The notes under the pieces were generated by a model. The model saw only the letters and a list, made by a program, of their open reading frames with translations, did not search any database and had not been told where the DNA came from. A stretch of 64,000 nt of DNA from Botryllus schlosseri (Eukaryota), in assembly GCA_051294905.1 (NCBI GenBank), contig CM119372.1, positions 5,396,001 to 5,460,000 of the forward strand, in the 5' to 3' direction. Positions 36,890-50,518 of the stretch are shown piece after piece (the stretch's first letter is position 1; every line of letters starts with the position of its first letter). The translations under genes and the position numbers were made by a program.

Positions 36890-38030
36890 TTATTAGGGTC
36901 TATACCTACGGAACTGTTGAAATCTGGAAACAGAATTGATTTAGCAACATGTATAGATATTTGCTGCATAACGAGACAAGCAAAACCAGGCTTTTCACCA
37001 TCTTCATAATTTTCCATACAACTCTGTGTCCCAACTGCAAATATACCCTTGTGGCCTGCCGGTCGAGTACCACCGTACTAGTAAATAATGTCACAGATGT
37101 TATTAAAAGGATGTGAAACACGAAATGGAATATATCAGCGATCCCTAGTTGTTGGTTACAGTGCATGGTCAGGTCACCCTCAGTTATCCCAAAAGCAGAA
37201 TGTCTATCAATTGTAAATCGATTCACTCGGAGACGTGGACATTGTGACAAAGTGGGACGGGAACACTTGGATAGTCCTCTATGTTAATCCAATCGTCCCA
37301 CTCTGTGAATTTGTCTATTAATGGAGGCAGTAGCTTTCCTCACATTCATTTATATCCAACTTGGGAGATTCTATGTTTTTTGGTGTGCAACTAAATTTAG
37401 GTCGACATAAACATTTTCGTTTATAACCTTAAACTGGAAGAATCTGGAAATCATTTCTACTCTGAAGTGTAGGGCTCTTGTCATGCTATATACGAGGACA
37501 CATAATATTATCCTTACATAGAATATGCAAATTTTATAAAGTAGATAGCCAACAATGACACACCAAAGCTAAATCAAGTATAAGGCTGGTTATTTAAAGC
37601 AACTGGTTTTGGAACAAGAGGATTATGTAAAGACAGGGAAGTAGCATTTCATGTTCGCCTAAGATATGTTGATGTTATAAAAATATCGTTTAGAAGTCAC
37701 TTTGTGGACTCTGTAGGTACTGGTAGACAAGCCCTGATAAGTCAAGCACAAGAAATGGTGAATAGGTGTGAAGTGTAACATCAATAATGGACTCACAGCA
37801 ATTCCTAGGTTTATAGAAAATGGAAATCAACCAAATTATGTTTTCGGACTTAACAAGACTTGTTTCTTATGATTGTTCTTGTAACTATCATAGAGCATAC
37901 AACACCCTCGCCAACAGGTTATTCACTACTTCATCGCAGAGTCTTAGAAACTGGGGCATGGAGCTGGTCAGCCCGAATATTACTACATAGTTTTCAATAA
38001 TGTCTTGCATATAACTAAAATATATATGGG
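36890..38030 (+). pseudogene. Decayed env-like reading frame (gypsy-type envelope resemblance, tentative)
   Basis: Frame from 37512: PYIEYANFIK*IANNDTPKLNQV*GWLFKATGFGTRGLCKDREVAFHVRLRYVDVIKISFRSHFVDSVG, later GAWSW before a hydrophobic stretch; internal stops, no introns. Confidence 0.35.
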
Positions 38031-38805
38031 AAATCTTGACTTATTAGATTCTTAAATTCACAAGCAACATGTTACTGGCGTACAACCTGAGAGAGCCTCG
38101 CGCCTCACAATTTGGGAGCCACTGATCTGAGTCCATCGATAGCGCAGACAATAATAACCATCTTCCTTCCTAGAACGGAAGGTATTCTATGCAAGATGAG
38201 GGAAGACAACGATTCGAACATGGGGCATACCGCGACGGCTCACAACCGGAGTTGAGCGTGGATATGGAATTGGAGTTTGATGCCAAAGAAAAACGATTTG
38301 AGCGGATTAGGATCGAGTTTGGATCTACGATTTTTGAAGGGGGATTTGAATTTGTACTAGGATATGGAATTTCTAATAATTGACAATTTTCATGCCACGG
38401 TTTATAAAAATTCATCCATTACCGGACTTGGTTTTGGACATGATTCGGACAGTTTTGGATTTGGATTTCTCACTTGGATTTGAACGACAAATTTGGGCCA
38501 AGAGTTGGATTTGAACTTCTTAAATCATATCAGCTACGCACCGCATCAACTACGTAAAGTTAGCGAGAGCAAGTTTGCTGCCGACCACAAGAGATCATAA
38601 TGTCACGGATGTTGACGCAAAAAGATGATAGTGTCTCTGCAACACTTTGTTTAGTTTTCGAGATTCCCGGTGCGTAAAGCCTATCGAACTTCTGTTGCGA
38701 ACGCAGTGTACAAGCTGATGTAAACAATCAAAACCATCCCACCGTGTATTCGGATTTAGGACCACACGCAGACACCTTGACATATCAAAGTCTTACGTAA
38801 TAGAG

Positions 38806-39391
38806 ATTACTCGAGTGCGAAGTGGGTGCTATATACTACGCGATTGTTCTTTTTAGCACAGGAGCAGTGTTTGTCAAATCTGCGTGTAGATTGCAGGCGG
38901 CTACTTTGTTTGGTGGAATATCCTGAGATATAGCTCGAGACAGCTTGCGAATACTCTCTTAACTCTGTACACGATGTCATTCAAACTGAAATATTCTCCT
39001 AAATGCATTCTCCTATTCTCGATCTTGATTTCGTACCGCCGTTAAAGTTATTGTCCCTTATTTGATACAACGGTCCATAAAGAGCACTATCTAATCGGAC
39101 TACCAACATATTATGGGCTACATTTTTCAGCCGCTTCAAATCTGGGTCGCTTTGGTGCGCCCGGAGACTTTTCGGTTGGTGCCGCGAAGACATTTCAAAC
39201 TTGTAGTTTTCACCTTTCTCATCACTTGCGTACTGGAATTACAAACACACCAAACTCGACTAATAGTTAGCCAATATACGACCAGGTACAAGACCGATAT
39301 TTCTTCATATCTTACGTGGAAAACGTTTAGGGGTAAGGATCGATCCGATTTCTGCCCGTAGGCTCTGGAGATCTCCGAAATATCATGCTGC
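38806..39391 (-). CDS. Possible exon cluster of an unresolved gene
   Basis: Candidate GT-AG exons ~39391-39316 (QHDISEISRAYGQKSDRSLPLNVFH), 39232-39037 (YASDEKGENYKFEMSSRHQPKSLRAHQSDPDLKRLKN...) and 38922 onward are phase-compatible, but there is no recognisable domain and competing plus-strand splice signals exist. Confidence 0.3.
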
Positions 39392-39704
39392 CTGGGGTAA
39401 GAGCAATCAAATCGAAAACCGCAATAAATTGACATCGCGAGATGCGTATTGTAATATCGAACATTTTTGCGAGGCTTGACAAGTGTGAAAATAAACAAGC
39501 ACGTGCATGTTGTTTACATTAAATGATTACAGTATTGTGCATTTTGTGAAAATAAAATTTTGTAATTCCATTGTTTCTGCAGGCCTATCTTGAAATAAGC
39601 AATATTTCTAATTCGTTATTGCGCCGCGAGTATTGAGAAGTTATCAATGGGCACAAAATAGTTTATAAACTGCGGGCATAGACAATATATGTAGTAAACC
39701 ACAG

Positions 39705-39810
39705 TGGAACAATAAAGTAATAATAATAATATTAATAATAATAATTTAAAATTTGTTGCATCTATAGATAAAAGCCAGCTAATAATATAGGTGTTAAATA
39801 AATTTCTTTG
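39705..39810 (-). promoter_or_regulatory. AU-rich element region in the putative 3' UTR of the cytokine-like gene
   Basis: Minus strand has gaaATTTATTTAac ~65 nt after the stop, followed by a (TTA)n tract. Confidence 0.45.
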
Positions 39811-39867
39811 GAAGAAGTGCAGCATATAGTAGTTTGTTGGCGAAGTGAGTGCGGAAAATCCTTATGA

Positions 39868-41812
39868 TCATTTCAGCCGTTCAATGTATAGCTTGGTATG
39901 CCTCAAAAAGTCCGATAGTAGACAGTGGTGATGTACCTGAATCAAGAAAAGATATGCATAAGAATTTTATTTCTTCGACAATACTCAAGTAAACATTGCA
40001 ATAGAGAAACACCGATCAAAATGTGCCGATTCCCAAACTACAATGCGGAGACCTTGTTCCACGGGTGAATTCGTGGTCGTTTGTTTGAACACATAACTGT
40101 CACGTAACAAATTATACTCAGCAATGCAACTACAAAACCGGGTTGCATACACGGTGAGGAAACGATGAAACGATATTGCATTGATAGTGATGGAGGAAGA
40201 GTTGGATACAGAGTACATTTATTTGATTTGTTAGCATAACTGGTTTATTTCCTCCCTAGGTGTGCTACATTGTAACATACTCTACCAATTAGTTTGCATT
40301 GAGCGTACATCATAACGTCTATCACCATTGGACCATACTATGGATTAGTAGATATTTCAGTTCTATACAGTGTTATAGTATTCAGTTCATAAACAAACAT
40401 TACCTGTCTGTGATATTCGTTCTTATGTGAAAGTGCTTGACGCCACCGATCAGCGTGGCTTGTAGCAGTTTTGCGGGACCGCCTGATACCCTGTGATTGT
40501 GATACGGAAGTTGACTTAATGCTCTCAGCAAACACACGCTTGTAAACGTACCTCGTCGCCAAGTAGTTTGAACGCGCGTTTTGTTTTGTGCAGCTTGTGC
40601 AGTAAATCATCAAAATCATTGCCGTGTATCATATGATCATTGGTATATTCCAATAATGTGGTGTAATATTCCAGTAGTTCGAGTATCGTCTCGTGTTGTT
40701 TTCTTGTCATGGAGCTCTGTAGATGAAAATAGGGGAAGATTAGAGATATGGCAATATAAATTGATAATTTGCAGCAGGTAATCTCATACCGACAGAATAT
40801 ATTCACATTAGGTTTTCAGAGTCGGTTCGGAACTCATCCAGTAGCATTCGGGCTGTACATTAGTTTGAAGCCAGCATAGATATGGTGCTTGCTACCAACA
40901 ACAACAGTTAGTCAAAATGAATAGAGTATACATATTTTACATAGAGAACGAAATACAGTGATTTATACGAGTTTATGCCAGGAAGTAAAAGGATTAAGAA
41001 GGCAATTACTCGCAACATAATGAGTTGAATACCAATGTCAATTATGGCGCTCTAGATCTTCAGTTTTTACTTATTTAATAATTTAATTCATAGTCTTAAT
41101 ATGAATAGAAATCTTACCGAAAATGTCGACGCGTAATTCTTCTGGCTTCTGGATTGAGGAATCTGAACAGAAATGAGCAATTCATTTTCTGTAATCAGCG
41201 GCAAATAATTACCGTCTTACCAGCTTCAACGCTTCCTCAGAGATTGCTTTCCTGACATCTAATATCCTATCACACTTCTCAAATGTATTTCGACATTTGT
41301 GGAAGAGACTGCTGCAATAGCGACGCTCCGCCGGATTGTACAGATGTACGGCCTCGGCGCACGACTGCACCGGTTTGAGACAGTGGAGAAAAACCATGCC
41401 TGTATAAAAGCAGTCTCAGTTAGAAATCTCTCGAAATAGTTCTCGTCTGTGAAAAAGTCCTACCTATAGTAAGTAGATTTATTTGTGAAAATCGTTCCAT
41501 TATGTAGATCTGAATAGTGAATATATCTCACCCGATCTTATATATATAGCAGTTTCCGAGTGAAGAAACTTCTTCCTCCATGTTATTTTAATTGTTTCCG
41601 TGGTTTATATCTATTGATTTCATGACAGTGCCGTAAACAACATCTGCAATATAAATTATGATTATGCATATCAGTATATAGCCACAAAAGTAAAATAATG
41701 AACCTCGTGATGCAAGGCGCCTGTTATGAATCAACATCAGATTCCTTGAACTTGCACGATGTACAAGATGGACTGATATACCTCCAAGGTATTTCACGGC
41801 GGACGTGCGCAT
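39868..41812 (-). CDS. Secreted 191-aa helical protein, putative long-chain four-helix (IL-6/IL-11/G-CSF-like) cytokine, 6 exons
   Basis: Exons 41812-41782, 41399-41221, 41162-41118, 40716-40552, 40490-40404, 39936-39868, GT-AG, phases 1,0,0,0,0. Product: MRTSAVKYLGGMVFLHCLKPVQSCAEAVHLYNPAERRYCSSLFHKCRNTFEKCDRILDVRKAISEEALKLIPQSRSQKNYASTFSSSMTRKQHETILELLEYYTTLLEYTNDHMIHGNDFDDLLHKLHKTKRAFKLLGDEGIRRSRKTATSHADRWRQALSHKNEYHRQVHHHCLLSDFLRHTKLYIERLK*. The gene model is well supported; the family call is inference. Confidence 0.7.
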
Positions 41813-42412
41813 ACACTTTACGTATGCATTATAAAAATTTGGCCCGAACCCCTCGATATTGAGAACAAAGCCATCCGTGCAAAGAATAATGCGAGTCAAA
41901 TGTGATAGGTGAAACAATGTGGCAGGTCACAAATGGTGAAAATTAGGATTAGGAGGATCATCATTGCATGAATACGTGATCAACTGATCATGAACACTTG
42001 CTACACTTGTCACGTCGCCACTCACAAAAGGTTATTTCTCCATTACGCTTTCAACTAACTTGCTGCCAACAATTCGCGAGCTCCAATAAACAACAGCATA
42101 AAGTACAGCTCATTCTCGGACTTCCGATATACAAAATCCGGTAGTTCAACGTGAAATGCAACAATCGAAATCCAATCATTCTCGAGAGTGATTTCTCCGT
42201 GAATTGAATTGAATTGGTCAATGGACAGTATTACATCTTTAGAGACTAATAGCTACTGAACATATCAGTAAAAGTGCACTTTCAGCTTATAGCGATCTAT
42301 GCTTTCTCATTGCGTTTCAGAGTTGCCGTCCGCCTGAATCTACCTTCTGCGAAATGTCCTGACTACATCGTCAGTGAGTTTGTTTGTTTGTTTGTGGTAC
42401 TCGTGGTGTTTG

Positions 42413-42588
42413 TTGACTACTGTTGTCATTTACACCAGACAAATTCTGTTCGTTTTAATTCCGTAGCTGCCGACTTGTAGCACGCCCTACTTCTAGGCTT
42501 TTATAAGACACCGCCTACACGGATGAGATAGCGAGGAGGAGCCTAGATAAACCTTCAACACGTGGGTAGGAATTCTGGAGTCGACCTC
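42413..42588 (-). mobile_element. SINE body fragment
   Basis: Colinear with 50880-51060; lacks the tRNA-like head. Confidence 0.75.
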
Positions 42589-45500
42589 GTAAGTGACTGA
42601 CAACCGTGGCAATTTCGTAGGCGTAGGCGTATATGGGAAAATGGCTATCTTTTTTTCAGGCATTACCTTTGCGTTGAATTCTTGATTCAATACCGTAGTC
42701 GCTTGAACTAAAAGCAGTTATATTATTTGCCTAAAATGTTGTGGATCTCTTTACAGTAAAGCCAGCGCTATAAAAATACTGCATTTGAATATACGACGTG
42801 GTCCATACCTTGCATTGTCTTATTCCTTGAAATTACTAGGGCTACACAAAATCGAGTACGCGAGCGCTTCGACTCTGTGCCGAGTATTCGGCTTCGAGTC
42901 AAGTCGAATTAAAACTCATTCCATAACAGGAGATACGACTTCGGAATTTTGAAATATTTACCTTTCGTACAACCTTCAAGAAGATTTTGCTAGTAATATC
43001 ATATCACAGATAACTTGGCGTTTCTTTACCATATACCAATCTTATAGTGATTTTTAGCAATGCCGTGGGTCGGTCACTATTTTCCAAAAAGGCCGTCTCT
43101 ACGAATATGCGTAAGCTTGTGTTACAGGTTTTGGATGCTGCGGTGCCAGCGATAGTGGTTTCAAGGCGCGCTTGGTGGCAAGAAGTATCGAAACGATAAT
43201 TCTCGTTGATAAAATAACTTTTAGTGAACAGGGAGAGGTCAATTTCGATACTCGTAATGTCGTTTCTCACTACTCGAATCGATTCTTTGCAATTAATACT
43301 CGATTCGGATTCGACTATTCTCGTCTCGTCCTAATTAAATTATCTGTTGGGCGACATGCTTGACGTTACATGACGTGGGCCGACTTCAGAGAATGGTTGA
43401 CAATACACATATATGATACACTCGAATTCGAAAGACTCGTACGGAATTTACTTATGCACGTATAATATTTACCATTTGGTTACGATATCTTCGTCATCAG
43501 TCCGTGAACTTTCGAATGGTTTCGTGTCAGAACATACTCCCAAACAGGTTCCAGGCTGTCAAACGTCCGAGAGGTCAGTCATTGCGTAAATGTAGCGTAG
43601 GACACGAAAACAGCGATGTCTTGAGTCATCGTTGCCTTGCTAGTCCGGTCATGTTGTACTCAAACTGTCGTGAAGGTTATTGAAAATAAAGAAAGTTAAC
43701 CTTATCATGTTTAGCTAAGGCCACTTTGCCAAAACTGTGACAACTGCTGAAATGATGCATCTGGGATTTACGTAGTAGGAAATCTAGCTCTCTCTGGGCA
43801 TAAGACCACTGTCTTTTCTACTACAATAGTGAATGAAGTCATGGATAACACCGAGATCTCGCAAATGCCATTGATTGAAGGATAATGTCTAACTTTCGCC
43901 TAAAATTTCATATTTCATATTACTCGCATGTATTAATGCCGCGAAGTTGGCCTATTTAATCCTATTTACTCGGACCATTCAATGATACTATTATTATTAA
44001 AATTGGATATCTGATTACGTATCTACAATGTGACTGCTGCATACCAAATTATCCATCTCATGTTACCATCAATTAGTTCCATTTGTGTACTCTAGTCGGA
44101 GGCAGTGAAAGTAGACAGCGTTGATACTTAGGAGTGTTAAAAAGTAAACTTAGATAAGTGGTTGTTATCGAGTGGTCGTATACTTACATTTGTTAATCAG
44201 AGAATACGTCTTTCGAAATTGGTGGGTGCATCTTTGCGACTAACGCAAAATGACTAATGACAGAAAAGTATAGCTGCAATTATCGAAAATTCATTCAGAT
44301 ACAAGAACTATTTCGCCCAGTTGTAATGAGAATTACACTCACAGGAGGGATGCAAACATCTCCGAATTGTAGTTTCTACTTGAATAAAATCCAAACTGTA
44401 AAAATTAGGTAGTTTGGCCTGAAAATACGGTTCGAGTAGAATTGCAAGTAAATCTAAATACATAATCAATTTGTATAAGTAGACCCTATACATGAGCACT
44501 CCGAAAAGTAGAAGTAATTCGATCTGACCAGATCGGACTGTGCATCATAATATGTCAAAAGCCTCTACGTTTATGGCAGAGTCTATTTCCTCGCTCTATC
44601 GAATCAAAGTAACAACCGCAAACTACATCATGAGTTTATATAGACATATGAGTTTTTCATGGCCTAACCCCCAGACAATGAAGAACAAAAACTATCCGAT
44701 CGGTGATTTCACATTATTGTCACATGATATAGCAGAGCAGCCTAAGTTGAGAACATTATCACCAGACTATCTAGATTATAATTATTTGCCCCCAACAACA
44801 CCATGACATCGGCTAGCTGTATGGGAGGATCACATTATTTATGTCATTGTTGTGATATATTGTCGCTGCATGAATGGATCTTTCCGTCATCAACCGTTCA
44901 TGTACATCACATGTGACTTGTATTTCGTCATATCCAGAATTTTACGTCCGAATTTCGATTAAAGTTCACTCCGTAATTGCCAGGTAGCGCAGTAAGCCGG
45001 AGAGGAATTTGATTAGTAGCATACATGATTAATGTCGCGTCTGATTTGCGAAGAACACCCGCTTGTCAGTGACGTAGGAATAGCTGTTTGATCAGTCAGT
45101 TAAGTTCAGGAATCTAGCTTGGTCGATTAACATCGCATGAATATGGGATTATGGAGAGTTTTAGTAGTCGCTGTAGTGCAATGATGCGCACGTACCTCAC
45201 TTGTGATGTCACGACTCTGTACAGTGTCACGTTCCGCGGTCGATTTCATTTCTCCCTACCGCTTTTAATTAATGCCCTTCCACAGTCACACAAGTCAACA
45301 AGAATCGGCCTATAATACGATCTAGCGCGTTCTTGATGTTACATCGCGAGTGGAAACTACCGATATGTTGAAATTCCTATACGGTACAACGCGCCAATCG
45401 AATTCGACACTCTCATAAATAATTCCTTTATGAGACATCGATATTTCAGTGGAACTTGATTGGTCATTCAATTGGTCAATGAACATTGAACAATCTTTCA

Positions 45501-48500
45501 CCTGCGTGCGACTTACCATATTTGAAGCCGGAAGTTACGGAGAAGTTGCCTTACTTGGTAGCGACCTATCCCAATGGTGCATGACTATTGCTAAGTTGGT
45601 TTTTTCACGTCACTGTCACGTAATACATTTGGAGATTTCGATCTACTATCTCAGCCGTCCGATCAATGATATGACCAAAGGCCCGGTAGTGAAAATTCGA
45701 CTTTCGTTATTTACAATAGATCAACTGCAGTGCCCTTGAGGGAAATGGCCCGAAAGGACAATGAGAGTGCAAACTTCGGCGATTTTCAAGTTTGAAACCA
45801 AATTTACAGAGATACATCACGTGATTCGGATACTAGTCATCTCACCTTGTGGTATTAAATCTTCTTAATCGTATTTTACATCTTATTGGCTGTTTTGCTT
45901 TCGCATCCGGTCGGAAGAAATCACAAGGGCTTTGAAAGGTAACTTACTTACAGCGTCCTTATGGATCTTGTGTCACAAATTTAATGACATAAAATAGGCA
46001 CCAGTTTTCGGATCCGGTGCGCAGCATAGGACATCTGTTTCCGAAACCGGACATCGACATCTTATCACGCGACTTAATATTTCCCAAGTAGGTGGTTCTT
46101 GACTGTGCCGGAACTTATTAATTCTCCATGCGTTCTTCTGCAACTCTGGTATGTTCATTCGATTTGTGATCGTACTTAATTTACGCCAGATGAATTCCGT
46201 TGCTATATGTTCTCCGCCAGCCCACGTGCGGTCGAAAGTATCGTAGCTGTTGATAGCTATTTTGGGGATAATGCTGATCGTGAGAGATGCTTCGCCCTGC
46301 CCTAAAAAGCAATTATCAGCGTACGTATGTATTAATGCCAATTTTATGGTATTTAGGTTCGTTTTCCAGTCCGTGACTGATGGATTGATTGAATTATGTC
46401 AAACTCCATATCCCAATTCATACTATCAAGCCTATATTTTCCTACGCCATGTTATGATTCATGTGTTTGCAAGCCGGCGGTCGTGTTTTCGATAGGATTG
46501 TTTTAGATTGATAAAAAATATGTAACATTCAACGATAATTAAGTGCATATCTACGTAAACGCTACTAAAAAAAGACTATTGACACTCCACTACTGCGTAG
46601 AGAAACTTCTTAAAAAATGTAATGCTTGGGTGACGTATACTGTATTGATGGGACTAAGCAAACTGGACTTTTATGGGAATTTGAAAATTTTGGTAATATC
46701 CGAAAGTCATAATATTAGAAAATGCACAACAACAGAGTTGTAAATAAATCCATTCCTTCCGTCTGACAAACCACTACCGAGACTTTTTCCAAGTATGTTG
46801 AGCAATATGTTCGATGGTAAGAATTTTTCGTCAGAATTGAAATGTTCTTTTGAGATTTGTATGACCGATAAGCAAACCTGATTTTTCTGAATTTCGCCGG
46901 AGTACTGTATCGATTGCCGACAATGATATACTGTACTTGAATAGAAATTCTGTTGTTAGATAGCCATATTTATCAACTGCGTAACTGGAAACCGCTGAGG
47001 GGAAATTACCCGTGGTATATAAATAAACAATCGTAGTAGTGTTACTCCACCACCCTTGTAGTAACGTAGCGCGTATGCCTAAATCAAATGCGATTACGAA
47101 TTTTGAAAACCTATCGCACCAAACGATGACGAAATATTTCATGCTCGCCAAATGAGATCTGCTTTATCAACGATCTGCTAATTCAACACACGACACACGA
47201 CATGCCGGTAATCGCCGAGGTCACCCTGCGACAAATGCATGTCACGTACAGGCGCGCAGTGAGCGATAATTCGTGCCATAAGCTTATTAAATCAAGGTTA
47301 TTTGTTTCCATCAGCGTATTGTCGTGCTATGCAGCCAATTCATTTGATATGTTTTGATGAAGACAAAACCGCGGGCGTGGTGCTTGTGTGCGACATTATA
47401 CCACCGTGATGTACCTACCTACACCATATAGATTCTTCTAGATTCAGACGTACGCTATGTCCTGTCACCGTGGACGTACATCTATTATTGTAAAAATACG
47501 AACGCGTTTTCATTGCCGGATTTAGAGATGGTACTGGGAAGACGCAACTCTAAACCAGTCAAATAAAGGTTACTTGCAGAGCTGAATCAAAGCGATTGAC
47601 GAACATGTGAACCGTGAGATTAACCTCTGCAGCTTTATGACGTGTTACGACTGAAAATGGGTGAAGTTGATAACTGTACCGTTGTTCTATGAAGGGAATC
47701 GGCGTCGAGTTGTTTTCAGTAACGATTTCGTTTGCGGCTAAAAAGGGGATATTGCATTATACGGGTGCGTTTATAGCAATGATGTGTGGACGCCCTTTGG
47801 TAAGATTCGTCTGGGTTTGACAAACTAAAATTAGGACAACACAAATCGGATTTACGATAAGATCAATTTTCGGATTTGCTTGGGATAACGCGGAATTAAA
47901 TCAAGGGGTGCCGTGGTCTCATGAAATACAAAGGCGATGTGAAATTACCTGCTTCATATATTTCACCATGACCTGCAGATATAATCGCAGTGCGCCGAAT
48001 GAAATGACGAAGTCAAAGATTAATAATCGCAGGAAACAAATATAGGCGGTATTTTAGGCGATGTTTCCGACTCATTTGGTGCTAAACAGTAGCTCGCCGT
48101 GTTTGTTTGTATTTGATTGTCGGATTTTCCACGCGATAGTGTATATATGCAAATACAGACTGTTTAGTGGAAAAATACTGTTCCTATTCCTGCATATATC
48201 GCGATGCATTGAAGGCATTTCGAACATTCGATACGCTTGGTCCAAATGCTCCGGCGTGATTTGAGTACTTTGAATTGGAACCATAATCACAATTCCCATT
48301 TTCAATTGTCATTGGAACTCCAAATTTATTTGCTGAATTTGAGACCACTAATAAAATTTGATTTTGTCTGTCACGAAACGATTTGGCGCATATATCTCGC
48401 CCCCCGAAATCGTGCTGCATGGCCTGCGGTGCCAGATTTAGACATTGCTTCAATGCACTTATGGAAGGTTGCCGAACGTGACAACACGCGTGATACCGCG

Positions 48501-49193
48501 GTATCAACCTGATGCTACAAACGAAAAAAAAACACAAGTAAACAGCCAAGAAGGTTAAATCCGAGGGGACCAAGGCTATTTAGAATTATAGTTGTCGCAG
48601 ATACAAAAATGACTCCGAATATGTTAGCAATTCGGAGTTAATATAGGCGAAAGCAAGACTTAGTTTCTATGGCTCTACATATAATAATTACGGATATTGT
48701 CTTGACATATTATAGACATTTCGAATACAAACAAAGCTACAAATGTATGCAAATCCTCGAAATGTAAGTCTGCCATAAGTTATGCCTGTGATAAATAGTT
48801 CACAATATGTTTCTAAAGCACGCCCGCGGGGTGGGTGGGTCACATTCGGCCCGCGGGTCAAGGGTTGGAACCCCTGTGCTAGTACATTTGGAATTTTAAC
48901 GATTCCTATTATGCATACCTGTACCACTATAGAGGATCATGTAAATAGTACACGGGTGTCGTCAAAGAGTCCAGATAAAGTCCGAACGCATTGGAATCGT
49001 GGAGGTAAGAGCAACCAATATCTCAGGCCCTTTTCTTTTAACAATATTTATCCTTGGTTGTGAGGTCAGATGTATTCAAATGATGCGAACCCAAAGATTA
49101 CGGGATGTTATCCAGAAGAAGGTATAACAGTGGCGACAGATCATAAACTGTATCTTAAAAGCGTAAGGCTAATTTCTTTGATGATTAGACATA

Positions 49194-49385
49194 ATGGCGT
49201 AATAGTTTCTTGAACGGCAGACCGTGAGTTCAATCCCCGGCCGGGTCAGACCAAAGACCTGATTAGTAACACTGGTATCCATGGCTTTCCCGCTTGGCCC
49301 TCAGCCTTGCCTGGATAGCAAGTAGGGGCGGTGCAAGACTTGGAAAGACCTACAAGACAATTTCTGTACATTCCTTGTTCGGTAT
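49194..49385 (+). mobile_element. tRNA-derived SINE (second family)
   Basis: Degenerate A box tggcgtaatag, B box gagttcaatcc, then ccgggtcagaccaaagac...tggtatccatggctttcccgcttggccctcagc, resembling conserved central domains of metazoan SINEs. Confidence 0.6.
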
Positions 49386-50518
49386 GGTGTATGCACAAAT
49401 CGCGTATATCTATATCATGAGTCGGTATATATATGCCTCAGAAACATCAAAGACAAAACTATATAACGTCCTATTGTTATTACTATTAATGAACATTTAT
49501 AATATGACGTGAATTCGAATGACTCAAGCCAAAATAATGTTTCTTGATTATGACTCAGTAGTCATGGAAATATAGCAACTTCCATCCTCGATGAATGTCA
49601 TTGATCAGGGCATGTCGGGGTAAATTTGGCAATGACGCGACATATTAGGATTACAGCATATCATGCGATTGTTATAAAAAGCTTTGATGGAGTTATCACT
49701 ATACGACTATCAAAGATACAGACTAAGCCTGAGCGTTGGATGCATCATACTTGAGAAAAGCGTGACAAAATGGTAAAAATGTCGCTACAGACGACCTAAA
49801 CGCGACCTATCAAATATAAATTCTTTTTGGCACATAACGCGAGAAAGGTGCGCTTGTGTCAGGCGATCTAAACGCGGTTATCGCACATGCTAGAGGATCA
49901 TAGCATAAAAATTCAATCATCACACAGCGGCAAATCGTCAGGCTGCAGAATATCGGGTCACATTTACTCACGCCATGTTTAGACGCAACTTATCATTACG
50001 TCAGTTCTCGCGAAAACGTGGTTCGGAACTATATTGTCATATTCAAAAAATGGGATGGATATGTGTGGGTCTTTAATTTACAAAATTCGAAATGACTCGA
50101 CGTGAGCCATGCAGCAGGGTCGAGCCATGCTCTACTCGAGCGGAAATTGACCACGGCACATCCGTATGTTAACTCGGGGCCCGGGTCGACTTTGTGTCGC
50201 GTCTAAAAATATGCACATTTCTACGGGATGCCGATGTCATTAGTTTTGTTGCGTCAACGATATATAGTTGTCGATATTCTCCTGCAGATGAGATTTTATG
50301 AATTCCAATGAATTTTGGGTCAAATTAGTACCCTCACCATCGTTCAGTGTTTACCAAGGAACGATTTCACTCGACAACTGTTAATAGATATGGATGATTC
50401 TAATTGTTATTAAATATAATGTCTTTCGATCGTCACAATAGAACAGGGCGAAACGTTTCAATTAATTTACAGACAATAATAACAACTCAAAGCATTGGAA
50501 GCCCCACTAACTATAGAT

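Noticed and set aside
41742..42831. Two TTCCTTGAA STAT-like sites near the cytokine-like gene
   Set aside because: TTC-N3-GAA is frequent by chance in AT-rich DNA; no conservation data.
45973..46341. 122-aa minus ORF, plus ORFs at 48072-48573 and 57004-57192, as exons
   Set aside because: Could not build a consistent phase-compatible exon chain or recognise a domain.
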